DNA of 64,000 bases from Squalus acanthias (Eukaryota), in NCBI GenBank assembly GCA_030390025.1, contig CM059432.1, forward strand, positions 67,582,001-67,646,000, given 5' to 3'. Positions 1-14,600 of the stretch are shown in pieces; the stretch's first letter is position 1; each line of letters opens with the position of its first letter. A model generated the notes under the pieces. The model was given only the letters and a program-made list of their open reading frames with translations, did no database searches and was not told the DNA's origin. Position numbers and translations under genes: made by a program.

Positions 1-410
1 ATTTGTGCCACTGCAGCCTGGTCCTCCTAACAGCATCCCTACCTGTGTCCTCCTGTGCAATGTGCAACCAGGCTGCGTTGATCTCCTGGGGAGGTCTCTT
101 CCACCCATGGTAAGGGAAGAGAACCTCCCTGTGTGCTGTGACTCCCTCAATGCTGTAGAACACTGACAGCAGAACTGTCAAAAACAATTTGCGCATGGTC
201 CCTTTAAGGAAACCGGCTGATGACATGTCATCAAATGACGTCATCAGACCCGCTTCCTTCAATTGGCCGGGAAACGCGCTGGGTGGGCTTAACAAGCTCA
301 ATCAGCGGAAAATTATTTTCACAGAGTGGGATGGAGCCAGCAGCAGGGTCGCACCCCCTCACCAACCTCAGCCACCCCGGACCCACCTCTGTAGGCATAA
401 CTGCGGCCTT
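1..410 (-). mobile_element. Partial non-autonomous PIF/Harbinger derivative (Myb/SANT remnant plus subterminal region), cut by window start
   Basis: 1-350 aligns by eye to ~9665-10100 (gccactgcagcctggtcctcct...gtccctttaaggaaaccggctgatgac...gtcatcagacccgcttcctt). Confidence 0.65.
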
Positions 411-874
411 AGGATTGGTCCTTTAAGAGCTTCTGTCACTGATCCCACAGGAGTATCCAAGGTCAGTGGAAGTTTCTCTCTTTTCCATTAAATGGCAGGC
501 AATCATGCCACTATGGGTGCATCTTGAGCACCTGCCATAGCTGGGGTGGATGGGAATGGTGGGCAGCCACTCATGTGTGCCAGCACCACCAGCATGAAGA
601 AAATTTGATTGGGGCACATCAAGCTTCTATGCAAGGGAGCTGGGTCACCCACAAAAATGGCGGCATTCCTTCAGGGGCCCCCCAGGTACAGCCGCTTATC
701 TGTGATGGGCAAGGCAACAATTTCTTTCTCTCGGTGTACAAGCTGATGGTATCCAGACCTGAGCCGAAGAAACTTCCTCAAGGGTTGTCCTGATCTCGCA
801 CAGCAAAGGGAATTCCACGGTACACCTGCAAAAACAGCATAAATGGCTGTTTCTCATGGGACTCTGCCAATTTC

Positions 875-1247
875 CCGCCTTTCATGACCACCGGACGTCC
901 CAAAGCGCTTTACAGCCAATTAAGTACTTTTTGGAGTGTAGTCACTGTTGTAATGTAGGAAACATGGCAGCCAATTTGTGCACAGCAAGCTCCCATAAAC
1001 AGCAATGTGATAATGACCAAATAACCAGTTTTTATTATGTTGATTGAGAGATAAATATTGGCCAGGACACCAGGAATAACTCCCCTGCTTCTTCTTCAAA
1101 ATAATGCCATGGGATCTTTTATGTCCACCTGAGAGAGCAGATGGGGCCTCGGTTTAATGTCTCATCCGAAAGATAGCACCTCCGACAGTGCAGCACTCCC
1201 TCAGCACTGCACTGGAGTGTCAGCCTAGATTTTTGTGCTCAAGTCTC
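875..1247 (-). mobile_element. Deu-domain SINE (SacSINE1/AmnSINE1-like)
   Basis: Reverse complement of the copy at 1735-2110, including the core gagggagtgctgcactgtcggaggtgc..ttcggatgagac. Confidence 0.8.
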
Positions 1248-1734
1248 TGAAGTTATGGTGGGAGATCAGGACAACCCTCGTGTAAATTTAGGGCCAATAT
1301 TTTTGAGGGTTTATTTGGTGTTACATAATTAACAATTTTAGTTGCTTTTCAAATTTGCCAAAGCAATAAACAAATTAAAGCATTTGATCATGTAATGTGT
1401 ATCCAGAGTGACTTATGAATGCTCAAACTTGTCACTTTTCTAACGTTACATTGTCAATAAATTTTTTAACAAGAGATTAATATCATTAAATCCTCCAGAA
1501 GGCTCTTGTTTGGATATGTCTGTATTGCAGCAGCTGGCGAAGTGACTGATGGATGACAAGGCCTAATATTGTATCCCTAATTATCTCCTTTTGCTTCAAG
1601 CTTGCAGTACTTTGACATTTTTACAACATGGTTAGATTCTGCATATGCTAAAGGAACACCTAGGGAATAGGAAATAAAAACTAAAAACTACAACACCCTA
1701 GTATTTGTCCTGCTTCCACATCCTGGAAATTGAA

Positions 1735-2110
1735 GCTAGGCTGACACTCCAGTGCAGTGCTGAGGGAGTGCTGCACTGTCGGAGGTGCCGTCTTTCGGAT
1801 GAGACGTTAAACCGAGGCCCCGTCTGCTCTCTCAGGTGGACGTAAAAGATCCCATGGCACTATTTCGAAGACGAGCAGGGGAGTTATCCCCGGTGTCCTG
1901 GCCAATAATTATCCCTCAACCAACATAACAAAAACAGATTATCTGGTCATTATCACATTGCTGTTTGTCGGAGCTTGCTGAGCACAAATTGGCTGCCTCA
2001 TTTGCCACATTACAACAGTGACTACACTTCAAAAGTACTTCATTGGCTGTAAAGCGTTTTGAGATGTCCGGTGGTCGTGAAAGGTGCTATATAAATGCAA
2101 GTCTTTCTTT
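1735..2110 (+). mobile_element. Deu-domain SINE (SacSINE1/AmnSINE1-like), 5' truncated
   Basis: Deu core ctgagggagtgctgcactgtcggaggtgccgtctttcggatgagacgttaaaccgaggcccc; tail ends gctatataaatgcaagtctttcttt. Confidence 0.85.
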
Positions 2111-3215
2111 TTTGTTTTATGTTTTTATTTGATTCTTGCAAAACTTTATTTCTGCACATTTTGTTGGGATATGAAATACTGGTGCTGACTTTCCTTGGAA
2201 TCTTCAATACTTATGCCATTATTAAACCGTTATTGCATTAAGCTTGAGGAAATTTGTGTTCAGCGCATTACGCCACCTCTGCGCCGTCAATGTGCTAGGT
2301 GCGAGTTTCCTCAATCTTTTTTGACAGATTTGCACTGGAGCGAAATTTACCTGGTGGTGCTCTGCCGAGGAATCTCTTGCTTTTACGCCATTACTGCACT
2401 CTGGGAAAGTTAGAATCATATAAATCAGGTGCAATCATCTGATTCAGGCGGAAGTGAGGATTTTGGGAGCTTTGATGAGTCCCCAAACTTTGCTTGCTTA
2501 TTTCTGACTTCACAGACATTTTTCAACCCTTTTTTTCCACAGTCTTGCACATTGTACATTGAAATAAAAAATTGAGAGAGATGTAAAACGGGCTTCTGAC
2601 TCGCTACCACCCATTTTACTCTATTGCACAAAGTCAAGATATACCCGACTGAGTGTTCTCCTTCCTATAGGACACACAGGCTCAATTTTAATGGACCTCA
2701 GAGGGCGGGTTTGGAGGTGGGTCGGCAGCGAACATCAGAAAAAATGGTTTCAAACTGCCAACCCGCCTCCATCGCATCCCCACGCGATTTTCATGAGTGT
2801 CGGATCAGCCGCTCCCAAGCTGACCCGACTGGAACTGGTGGGACAGGTAGTTAAGGCAGTTACCAGCCTGTTGACTGCCTTGCTAATCCTATTTTTATAG
2901 TGGTTTCCTATTTCATGCTTCTGGCTCCTGTTTCCTGTCTTGTCAGAAACAGGCCAGCTGCAAGGAGACGAGTTGCTGGAGGACATGATTTATATTCATT
3001 GGTGCAGCACTTTAAAAGCGCTCCTGTAACATGGCTGACATTCAAATGCAACAACCTTGTTGTTGGAGGTTTGGGATAAGATTTTGCAAATCTACTGACC
3101 TTGTGACTGTTCAAGCTGACAGCCATCAGCAGTGTGACCTGATTGGAATAATTTCAGGCCACTTCGACTGTGTGCTTGCAAGCTTCTTGCCGCAACTGAA
3201 ATCTATAGCAACGGG

Positions 3216-4270
3216 ATGGGAACCATTTATATCCTCTCTTCCTGGTCATCAGATTTGGAGGAAGAGCAGCTGCGGCTGCACTACAACCAGCCACAACAGC
3301 AGCATCAGCACCAGGAGCGCCAACCTCCTCCTCGCCCACCTGATGATGCACAGGGCGGAGGGCCTCAGCGCAGGGCTGCACCTCGCCGCAGGAGATACCC
3401 CCAACACAGGGTTTACAGGCAGAGGATCAGCTTCCTCAGCATGACTAAGCAGCAGTGCCAAAGGAGGCTGAGACTTTCGAGAGACGTAGTCGCTGACATC
3501 TGCTCAATGCTGCACCAACACCTGGAGCCCAGAGGAGCGGGTGGACACTCCTTACCAGTTGCTGTCAAAGTCACCACCGCACTCAACTACTTTGCTTCGG
3601 GCTCCTTCAAGGGATCAGCTGCAGACATCAGCGGCATCTCCCAGTTGGCCGCACACACCTGCATCACGCAGGTCACCGATGCCCTCTTTGCAAAGGCCCA
3701 CAATTACATCCACTTCTCCACGGATGAAGCAAGTGTGACAGCGCTTGTGGTTGGCTTTGCCAATATGGCAGGCTTGCCAATGGGGCAGGGCATCATAGAC
3801 TGCACACATGTAGCCATGAGGGCCCCCTATCACAACCCAGCTGTATTTGTCAATCGCAAGTAATTCCACTCCCTGAATGTCCAGCTGGTGTGTAACCACA
3901 GGAAGATCATCATGCATGTTTGTGCAAAGTACCCTGGCAGTTGCCATGACTCCTTCATCCTGCACCAGTCTACTGTGCCTCAGCTCTTCCATCCGCCAAA
4001 CCAACTTTCCGGATGGCTTCTTGGCGACAAGGGCTATCCCCTGAAAAAGTGGCTTATGACACCGATGAGGAGGCCATCAAACGATGCTGAGGAGCGGTAC
4101 AATGTGAGTCACATATCCACCAGAAGCTTCATCGAGCAAACCATCGGCTTGCTCAAAATGTGCTTCTGATGCCTAGGCAGATCTGGAGGAGCCCTGCAGT
4201 ATGCACCAGCCCGGGTGTCCAGAATCGCCGTGGTCTGCGGTGCCCTGCACAGCACCGCACAGCTTAGTGC
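3216..4270 (+). pseudogene. Harbinger (HARBI1-like) DDE transposase with in-frame stops
   Basis: Motifs [51 protein letters not shown] in one frame; stops at 3861-3863 and 4167-4169. Confidence 0.9.
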
Positions 4271-4533
4271 TGCCAGATGAACAAGTAGCTCAGCACACAG
4301 CCTTCTCGGAGGAAGAGGATGAGGAAGAGGACGAGGAGGAGAATGAGGAGGAGGATGGGGAATGACGCCTTGCGGGGCCAGTTGTGGCTAATCCAGCAGC
4401 AGGTGACCACATTGCTGGCCATCAGGCAAGGGATGCACTCATCCATGCCAGATTTGCGTAAGCTTACGCTTCAACCACAGGTGACTGGCACAAGGAGATG
4501 AATATAAGTCTGACATTCTCAAAACCCCAGGAA

Positions 4534-4797
4534 TCATCTGTCCAATAAACGGTGGTTTGCACTCAGTGTCACCACCAACATTCTACATTGCATTCGCCCT
4601 GAGCCCTCACTCTTGAACTTCCATTTCCCAGAACACAGAGGCCACCTTTTTCGACACTGAACCCATGTGCGTCGGCACACAGACCTCGAACTCACCTCCT
4701 CAGCAATTTGTAGCCAAGCTGCCTTGGTTTGCTGAGGAGGCCTCCTCCTTCTGTTTCCAGGGAAGAGGAGATCCTGATGTCCTCTAACTCCCTCCAC
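4534..4797 (-). pseudogene. Harbinger Myb/SANT-like DNA-binding protein remnant
   Basis: LLFP..RRRPPQQTKAAWLQIAEEVSSRSVCRRTWVQCRKRW is a typical Myb/SANT (MADF-like) helix pattern of Harbinger ORF2. Confidence 0.75.
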
Positions 4798-5384
4798 AAG
4801 AGCATGGGGCTGCCATTCCTGCAGCAGCCAGCACCTTTAAGAGAAAAAAGCATTAATATTACTAAACCAATGATTGGAACACATCTGACATATTTTTCAT
4901 TTCTTAGTCACATACTAAATTGATAAATAAAAAAATCATCAATGTCTTTCTGGAATAATATGACAAGCAATTTCATTCAATAAATTGTGTTCAGACCAGC
5001 CGCTGTCAACTACCCTTTCTAGATAATACAGCACCAATCCATCCTATTTACATTTTTTGCAAAGGGGACATGGCCCCTTTAAATTTTTACTCAAACAACG
5101 CGTCATCAGACACGAAAATCTGACATGCTCCAAGCAATTGCCTGGAGGGACCCGCATGTCGGCCGTAACAAGGCCAATCAAGCAAAAATCGTAACTGCTG
5201 GGCGGCATCTGGGAGCGGGTCCGAAAGCTGCCGAGCAGTGAGCCCGCCCTCAACCCGCCTTCCTTAATAAAATCGCGGCCAGAGTGCTTTCCTTCATAGC
5301 AGGTCATGCGATTGAATTCTATTTGCTAAAGTGCTTTTAATTGATGTGATAACTAGATGTTATGACCAGAATAATTTAAATAAA

Positions 5385-5680
5385 AGAAAGAAAAGAAAAA
5401 CTTGCATTTATATAGCGCATTTCACAACCTCAGGACGTCCCATAACGCTTTACAGCCAAGTAAGTAATTTTGAAGTGTAGTATCTGTTGTAATGTAGGAA
5501 ATGGGCAGCTAATTTATGCACAGCAAGGTCCCTCAAACTGCAATGTGATAATGATCAGGTAATCTGTTTTAGTGCTGCTGGCTGAGGGATAAAAATTTGC
5601 CAAGACACCAGCAATAACTTCTCTTCTTCGAAATAGTGCCATGGGATCGTTTACGTCTACCTGCGAGGGCAGACGTAAAG
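5385..5680 (-). mobile_element. Deu-domain SINE 3' portion
   Basis: aaagaaaaacttgcatttatatagcgc... is the reverse complement of the SINE tail at ~2085-2110. Confidence 0.75.
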
Positions 5681-5887
5681 ATGAATTGGTTATAAAAACT
5701 AGTTAGCACATGAGTTTTATTTGCTATAGCTACAGTACATTTTTTATGTGCATTTGTGAGATATTTCAAGGACTATTAAATCATTAATGGGAAAATTGGA
5801 TGATTATATTACATTCTGCTGAAAAACAAAACATTGGAAAAGATTTAGGAGATAAACTTCCTTTGCTAATCTTAAAAAAAAATGTCA

Positions 5888-6690
5888 TGGGGGCAAAATT
5901 CGATTAGGCCCAAAAATGGGCGCGGGGATCGCAATGCGTGATCTGCCCGTGCCAGTTGAAAGTAGTGCAGGCAGCACGCAAAATCCGTGCTGCATGCTCA
6001 TTACCAGGATTGCAGAGCTGAGCCCATCCGGAATAGGTGCAGGTAGGAGTAGTGCTCCCTGAAGACCCCTAGGTGGGTAAGGCCTCCTGCTGAGAGCCCT
6101 CCTCCCCTTCCTCCTCCTCCCTCTGTGAGCAGCTTGTCTTTGCTGCCTCTGCTCCATCTCCCTGTCATGCTGCAGCACAAGAGGGACTGCAAGTAGAGCC
6201 CCCATGACTGGGAGCAAATGATGCAGTCAGAGGCTGTAGGAGCCAATGCTCTCCCAACGTCCAGCAGCACTCGCTGCACAATTTACTAAATTTATAAATG
6301 TCTTCCAGCAAGCCAGTATCAATATAAACTCTGTAAGAGCCAGTACAGGAGAAAAAAATCAACTTACCTGCAAGTTGGATGTATCCCTTTAAATAGCATT
6401 GGTGGGGGGTCCCTTGTGCAGCTCAGGTATGCGTGTTTAGGAGAGGGCGTTGATTGGAACGGCAACGTCCATAATGGCAGGCCGTGCATCAAATCAATGT
6501 TGCACGCTGACTGACGTCACGATCTGCCTACTCTGAATACTGCCAGCGCACGCACGACCTGCCTGCGGTATCGCCCTTCCCAAGATGGCGACCAGCGCGG
6601 GCCATGCCGGAAGTGGGCGGAAGTGAGGCGGCTGCCATGTTTCGCTTCAAACCTGCCATAACAGCAGGTGCTAAGGTGCCGAATTTCACA
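5888..6690 (-). mobile_element. Internally deleted Harbinger derivative
   Basis: Ends ggggcaaaattcg / cgaatttcac; 6085-6220 matches ~15075-15190 (MLPVMGAL..QHDREMEQRQQR, transposase N-terminus). Confidence 0.65.
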
Positions 6691-8379
6691 GCACATGAGT
6701 ATAAAGTGGCATTCCTTGCTTAAAACCTATGGGCCCTGATTTTGGTCTTTAGCGTATAGTGAGTGGGTGGTGAGTGCAGCAATCACAATGCTCACATGCC
6801 CAATGTTGTCGGCAAGAGGCTCGAGTGTTTTGATTGTCAGACCTAATTTAAATTTAATTGGCAAGTTACACACGCGATTCAAGCACTGATAGGCAGCTAG
6901 CTTTTTAAGAGGCAGGAAATCCGACAGGGCATATACTGAGCACTGGCCTGCAGTAGCACTTTAAAAGAAAGGGCAGAACATATCAGGGGAGTTAAGAGGC
7001 TGAAGAACTTTAAAAAAGAAGCATGGAGTTCAAGTTAGGGAAGTTTTAAGACTCAAACCTCCCAATACAATAACATAATAAGAATGCCAGACCTGTTCCC
7101 AGTGTTCCTCTGAGATCCCTTTAATCTGCGCTCGATCTGGCTGTTTCTAGCCCTGTACCACCGATGACTAGTGGGCAGATTTAATGCTGAGTGGCTGCCT
7201 CACTGACTCAAACCAAATTGGTGATAATTTTGGACCATGACAACACAGACCATAATAACATCATAGGACCGCAATTTAAATATTTAAATAATTAGCTCTC
7301 GCAGGAGCTCTGGATGCCTAAATTGAGGCCTGCTTGAATATTGCATCGGGCAGGCCTCAGGCAGGAAGTCAGCGGTGCATTTATTTTTTACAATTTTCAA
7401 TTCTCTACTGCCCCCTCCATACTGAAAAATCTGACTTTTTCACTAATATCAGCAAAGGCAGAAATTTCAGCTCCCTCTTTTTATTTTATTATTGGCTTCA
7501 GCCAGCAAAAATAATGTAAAACAGAATCAAGAAATTTTTATAATTGTTTCAAATGCTCCAAATCCAAATAGTTTCATTCAAATTTCAGGGATACGTTGCC
7601 CTAGAATACAATTTAACTGCTTATATCTCCTCAAAATTTAGAGGATAAGACTTCCTAATTGCCTTTATCACTTTTAGATTGCTCAGTAATAAATCTTGTT
7701 ACTCTTGCAAATCACCTCAAGGTAAACATGAAGCAGGAGAACTCTGATCCCATTTTTCATTTCTCATTCGCACATTATTACCATCTTCTATGCAGCTTCA
7801 CGTAGCAGTTTTGGTTGCCATGGGAGAAGATTTACTCTGGTTCCTATAAGTTAGTGACAGATTAGACATAGCAGGTTGACCTCTTGCGAGTAACTTTCAA
7901 CTTTGGTAGGGGCGTAAAACTGGGGGTATCAGATCAGCTGCTGGTATACACTCCACCCAATTTTCTTTTCTGTTCAATGGAAAGAAAAATAGGGTAGGGT
8001 GCATAACGGTTGGCTGATCTGAGACCTTGGGGTGAAAATTCATTTTGGCCCATTTTCATACCTGAAATAGGCAGCGCGCTGGAGGCCTAAGGCTCACCCA
8101 AAATTGGGCCTCGGGCCTAATCAACATATTGCCAGAAAGCTGCAGACACCAATTGGGTGTTCTCGCCTGTTCCATGCGGACTAATTTGGGCTGGCTGCTT
8201 TACTGGCACCAACCCTCGGGTAAGTCCTGGGAGTGGGTGGGAGGTGATTTGGACAAGTCCAAGTGGGGGCCACAACAGTCTTTGAGACTACTGTGGAGCC
8301 AAGAGGAGCAGAATTGCGCCATTTGGCTTCACATCCGGGTAAGTTTTTATTTAAACTTACCTTTTTGAAAAGTCCCTTT

Positions 8380-10159
8380 GGCCGCGATTTTGCCGGCACT
8401 CAGAGTGCGGGTTCGGAGGCGGGTCTGCTGTCAAAATCGAAATGATTGACAGCAGGTTGGGAACCCGCTCCGAACCCGTCTCCATGTAAGTTTCTAAAGT
8501 ATCGGGTCTGCGATTTCAGAACAGACCCGACACAAGCAGCGGGGGAGGCATTTAAAATAGTTAAATGCTTGTTAAATGCTTGTTAACTACTATTTTGCCA
8601 GCCTATTTCTATTTTACCACTTCTTTAACGGGCTTCACGTCGTTCGGAGATCACGTCAGGTAAGTAGGTCGGGTTTTCTATATCTCCCCATTGCTGTGAA
8701 TAGGTGACAGCTGCAAAAGTGGTCTGAAAGCTATCATTTCACAGCTGTTCACTTTCCAATGTCAGTAGCTTGAGCCTTCAGGACTTGGAAGTCACTTTTG
8801 AGCTTTATGCAGTTTGGAAGTGTTTGGAGTAAACTGTCTATCCACTGTCACCTCCTTGGAGCAAGCTCTCTCACCATTGACAGATCACGTCCGTCATCTC
8901 AACTTCAGCTGCCATCTATTCCAGCAAAAAATCTCACCTTGGTCCTCTGAATCCCTCCATGATCAGCCGCAACACCAACATCACCAGGCACACCAACATC
9001 ACCAACAACAATACCAACCTTCTCCGCAATCACCTGATGCTGCACAGGACACAGGGCATCAGCACCCGACAACATTGCTGCCCGGGAGGCCAGTGATGGT
9101 AACACCATGGCCAGATTTACTTCACTTGACGCTGTACACCCTGGCTGCCACATGATGTGCCAGGTTGACACCACCCCACAACTGCACCATAAAGCATCCC
9201 TACAATGTCCAAGCCATTCCTTTCACACTCATCACAATTGGGGTGGGGGGGAGGAAGTTATGTCTCAACATTCACTGGAACTCACTAAGTCACTTCCAAA
9301 GGTGAGCACAGATCTGTCTAATAAGGTAAAGTGTTGAAAATATAGATTTCAATGTTTGACAACACATTAACAGAAACTTCACATGAACGTTGGCTAAACC
9401 ACCCAGGTGCCTACCCTTGTGTGTTGTTAATTCGTATGCTTGCAGTAGGTTGAGGGTGAGTGTGAGGGGTGGCTAGTGAGATGGGGAAGTGATATTGTAG
9501 ATAGAGAGGGATGGGTGGAGGTGCAAGGTAAGTTGGGGTGAGTAAAGATGTGCAGGAGTAGGGTAGGGAAGGCAGAGTGATGGAGATGTGATGAGTGGCA
9601 CAGCAGGATGAGGTTGAGTGTGGCTTTGCAGTAACGTTTCCTGATCTGCTGAGATCATTGAAAGGTTTGCGCCACTGCAGCCTGGTCCTCCTGACAACAT
9701 CCCTGCTTCTGCCCTCCTGTGCAATATGCAACTAGGCTGCGTTGGTGTCCTGGGGAGGTCTCTTCCGCCCATGGGAAGGGAAGAAAATCTCCCTGCGTGC
9801 TGTGACTCCCTCCATAAGCATATGGAGGGAGCCATGGGAGAGCCTGGGTGCAGTTGTTCACCTTTGTGCAGTGCTTGTCAGTGTTTGCAGCACCTCAAAG
9901 CTGCAGAACACTGGCAACAGAACAACTGTCAAAATGAATGTGGCCATGGTCCCTTTAAGGAAACCGGCTGATGACGCATCATCAAATGATGTCATCAGAC
10001 CCGCTTCCTTTTAATTGGCCGGGAACCTCGCAGGGCGGGCTTAACAAGCCCAATCAACGGAAAATCCTTTTCACAGAGCGGCTGCATCTGGGAGTGGGAC
10101 CGGAACCCGCCAACCAGCTCTCCCGCCGCCATCCCGTCTCTGCTGGGAAAATCCAGCCC
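8380..10159 (-). mobile_element. Non-autonomous Harbinger derivative with Myb remnant
   Basis: Termini ggccgcgatttt / aaaatccagccc; minus-strand remnant IAQEGRSRDVVRRTRLQWRKPFNDLSRSG; same family as 1-410. Confidence 0.7.
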
Positions 10160-10325
10160 TTTAAGTTTTTGTCTTCATCATTCTATCTGGCAGTCTATTC
10201 TAAGTATTAATCACTATCTGCATGATGAAGTGATCAGTTCTAATTGGTACCTGTGACCCCTTCACCGATAGTAATGGTTTAATTTCAAATAGTGCTCCTG
10301 ATTAACTTTTTATGTCTTACTTAAT

Positions 10326-11087
10326 GGGCCAGAAATTCGGCTGTTGTCGGGTGAGTACGCGCTGTGTACTCACCCGTAAGGCCATCTGAAGTGCCGGTTT
10401 CCTGCATGCACTGCGCATGTGCGGGAAACCAGAACTTCCGTTCCCCTGAAGGGAGGGGTTCAGAAGTCGAACACGTGCGCGGGAGAGGCTGCGTGCACGC
10501 AGCGGATTCGATTTTTTTCAGGTTTCTCCGGGAAGGTAAGTATGAAGAAGCTGCACTTTTAAAAAGGAGGCGCAAGGCCTGTTTTTAACAAGGTAAGTGG
10601 TTAATTAATTACAATTTAAAAAAATTTTCAACAGGTTTATCTTTTTTAGATACTTTAAAGAAAGGTAAGTTTATTTTTAGCGCTGTTACAAAGTATAATA
10701 AATTTTTTCAAAAATTTAAATTTTTGTTTAAATTAGTTAATTTATTTAACTTATAGTTATTTTAAAAATGTGATGTTTTAAAAAAAAATTATTTGAAGTT
10801 TAAGTGTGGTTTTGGGGCCGATCTCTATTCATAGATTTGACAGGTCTTCCTGTCAAATCTATGAATGAAAATGCCCTGCTAGGATTGGCTCTCCATGGCC
10901 CACGTGATCCCAGGGGACGCTTCGAACTAACTGCGCCCCTGGGATACACAAGCACTGCGTGCCAGCAGCTGGAGGAGGCCCAGGACCCGAAGTCCTCGTG
11001 GGCCCAAAGCACAACTGCTGGCGCGATAGGCAAGTACGCGCGCGATGCTTGCACCCGCAGGAAGCCTGAAAGCTGAATTTCTGGCCC
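10326..11087. mobile_element. MITE (Harbinger/Tourist-like)
   Basis: TIRs gggccagaaattcggct / agctgaatttctggccc; AT-rich centre; flanks AAT/TAT. Confidence 0.75.
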
Positions 11088-11680
11088 TATATCTTTTATA
11101 TCTCTATAAGCCCTCCATGCACCCACCGCTCGATTCACCGGCTTTCAAAACTAAAGCTTTTCTAAGTATGCTGACACAAGAATTAGCCTTGTGACCCTTC
11201 TCTGCTGTTCCAGGGCTATTTCTTGTGAATCGGTGACTGGAACTAATGCAATACTCAAGTTGTAATCTGATCAGAGCACTATACAGCCTCAACATGACAT
11301 CCTCATAATTCTAAGAGCTCATTTTACAAATTGCAGGTCGATGCTCCAGAATTTTAGGACCACTAATATGTAAAATATTGTAGGGAGTGCACTTGGGTTA
11401 TCCCAATATGCATTCCCAGTGAGCCACAAGTGAGATTTCCTAAAATTGGCCCATTACTCAACTGATTACCTCAGCATTCTGTTTGCTTTGTTGGCTGCTG
11501 GGCTGCAAGGCTTGACCTCACTTGATATTGTGATCAGTTGAGCTCTAACCCTGCCTGATTGATAATGGGTCATGATTTGGAATGTGCAGTCAAATAATAG
11601 GTATGATAAGATATTTGTTCCATGATCTATTTGATTTCTACCAGCAATAGACCGTCGGAAGACCAAAGAGAAATCATTAG

Positions 11681-14600
11681 GGCCTAAAATTTCATAACCC
11701 CCATAAACAGGCGCAGGGATCACAATGCGATAGCAGCCCATGCCCGTTCAGAGGACTGCGGGCAGCACGTAAAATTCATGCTGCCTGCTACTTTGCATGA
11801 TTGTAGTGTTCAGCCAAGCACTAAATGCGCTGCTGAGTGGCTGAACGCTCAGCAGGGGGGCCAAGTTCGTGCGAGACTAGCCTGCACAATTGAATAGCAG
11901 TCTGCACCTCTTAAAGGGGAGTTGCCTTCTGCCTGCAACAGGTGCTGGAAGTGCTTGTGGAGGCAACTATCATAAAAAGAAGACTGAGTAATGGCTCAAC
12001 AGGCCAGAGAAAAGACTCCAAGGTTCTCTGATGCAGCACTGGAGGCGTTGGTCCAGGAAGTCAACTCAAGGAGAGAGGTCCTCTTCTCACAGGTGGTCCA
12101 GGAGGCCCCCCAGGCAACAGACCAGACTTCAGAGAGCAGATAGTCAATGTGGTCAATGCCAGCAGTATAGCCGCAAGGTCCTGGACTCAGTGCAGGGAGA
12201 AGTTTAATGATCTCACACGCGTGGTCAAGGTCCGTGAATTCATCTTCAAATGCCCTATCTCACGATCTGCACCACTAGCCTTACACACTGCTCAATGCAC
12301 CACAGCCCCATTACTCACCTACCAACAATCTCTACAAAACATGACTCATACCTCACATTCAACGCTTCACCTCATCCGCACACATTTACCACTGCTGTAA
12401 GCCTCACACCCACATCTCACAGCTTGCACACACCATCAGCTATTCAACCATGACAGCCACATCACCCGAACATATTATACCACACTCTCTGACACACTTC
12501 CCTTTCTCTTGCAGGAAAAGGTGGCGCATAACAGACACCAGCAGACCTTAACCAGTGGGGGACAGGCTCGCCTGCATCACCTCACCCCCCGGTGCTGGCC
12601 ATTCTTGGCAGGGGCATGGTTGAGCCCATGGCCAATGGCGGGGCTGAAGGAATACAAAATGCCGGTATCCTCATACATTATCCTCCTTCTCAAATCCCAC
12701 TTCCCCCTCATCCCACAATCTCTTCTGATTTACAATATGTACATGGTGTAAGCATGCTGCTGTTGCTTCCCCCCTCACCACCCCCTCATCACAACCCTAC
12801 CCTTGTGCCTTTCTCATTTCAGGCACCCAAGAAATCCAGCCTGCACAACCAGTGTTCAAAGAAGAAGAAGAAGCACCATCATTTTATTTCACACTCACTG
12901 CCACCAACTCAGATAGTGACACGCTGTGTACTTTAGAGGATATTAGAGGATAGGTTAGATGCGGGATCTGCATGTGGTGAGATACCGGGCACGAGTGGAC
13001 TGAAGGCCAGGGCAGGGGGAAAGGGTAAGTCAGGTGCCAGTTGCTCGGACGGGGGGGGGGGGTGGGGGGGGGGTTGCTCACAAGTTCGGCGGCACAGGAC
13101 TCAGATGAAGACCATGATGGAGCGGCCTACAGAAGGACATTGATGGGTGGTCTACAGGCTTGGTGCATTGGCAGGCCTGCCAGAAAGCCTGAGTGTAATG
13201 TCAAGGAGCATGGATGAGTCCAGCTCCAGCCTTGAACAGGGCTTTGGGCAGAGCTTAGAGCCCATCCTTTCTGGCGTGTAAGGGCTGGGCAGATCCATTA
13301 ACACACCTGTGGACCCAACTATCATGCCGTGTCTGATAGCTGATGTGTCTCAGCTTCAATTGCAGCACAAGCAGAAGCCACCCAATGTCTGAGTGCTGCA
13401 ATGGAAGCTCAGACTGAAGTCATGCAACTACAGACTGCTGCCATTATGGCTGGGTTTACCAGTGTTGAAAGGGGCTTGCAGCTGTCCAGCACTCGGTATT
13501 CCAGCAGAATACTAGGTATGCTGAGGCGCTGCCCCTGGGGAGTGGTAATGGATCTGTGGAGGGCAACCCTGCTGTCCTATCTCAGGATGACAACATTCAT
13601 CCTCCCACCACTGCCACTCCATCAGTGCCCTTGCTCTTGCCTGTAGACCAGCTAGCCCAGACTGCTGCATCCATACTGAGGTGGTGCAGTCCGAAGCTGG
13701 GCCTACTAGGCCGAGAGCTCCGCGAGGCCGTCCTGCAAGGCCATCTGCAGTCTCCCCCACTGAAAGTCAGCAGCTTCCTCCAGCCATGCTGCAGCCACTG
13801 GGGTAGCACTGTGTAGGAGCACTAGGATAGGTAAAGGCACACACAAGACTGTCACTAAGGGAATGCACAAGAGTGATTAGTTGAATTTTTGATGTAATAT
13901 TGGATGGATATATAGATAAAGTTTGTTTGGAAAGTTTGCATTGTGATGGCTTTTATTTCAGCATTGTGGCCACGATGACACTGTGATGATCCTTAACAGA
14001 GGGAAGGTAAGGTGTGGGACTAATGTTGAATGGGGATTTGGGATTGCGTTCACTGGCACCGAAGATGGATGATTCGATCCCAGATATCCCGGCTAGAAAG
14101 GGTCTGTCTGAGTTTCCTCCTTCCTTCCTTCCTGCCTCTTCTGCCTCCTCCTCTTCCTCCTCCTCCTTCTCCTCCTCCTCCTGCTCCTGCGCTTGTGGCC
14201 ATATCCCTGGAGGCAAGGGCTGTGCCCTCTTGATGACCAGGTTGTGGAGGATATAGCAGATCATGACGAATCCTGACAGGCACTCCAGTGAATACTGTAG
14301 GGCTCCTTCAGAGTGGTCCAGACAGTGGAAGCATTATTTAAGGATGCCAGTGATCTGCTCTATGATGTTTCATGTGGCAGCATGGCTCTCATTGTATGCA
14401 TGCTGCCCACATGTGGTTGGGTTGCGGAGCAATGTCATGAGCCAGGTGGTCAAGGGATAGCCCTTGTCGCCCAGTAGCCACCCTTTGGTTTGTTGGTGGC
14501 TCAAAGACTGAAGGAACAGCGGACTGGTGCAGAATAAAAGCGTCACGACTGCTGCCAGGATTCACCATCATAATATGCTGAGCATGGTCGCACACCAACT

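Larger units (their letters stand above)
2680..5279 (+). mobile_element. PIF/Harbinger DNA transposon (transposase on +, Myb/SANT remnant on -)
   Basis: Imperfect TIRs (gctcaattttaa / ttaataaaatcgcggc), CAG on both flanks, convergent DDE transposase and Myb-like coding remnants. Confidence 0.85.

Noticed and set aside
3216..4270. Domesticated host HARBI1 gene
   Set aside because: In-frame stops, and it sits inside TIRs/TSD with a Myb partner, so it is a transposon copy.
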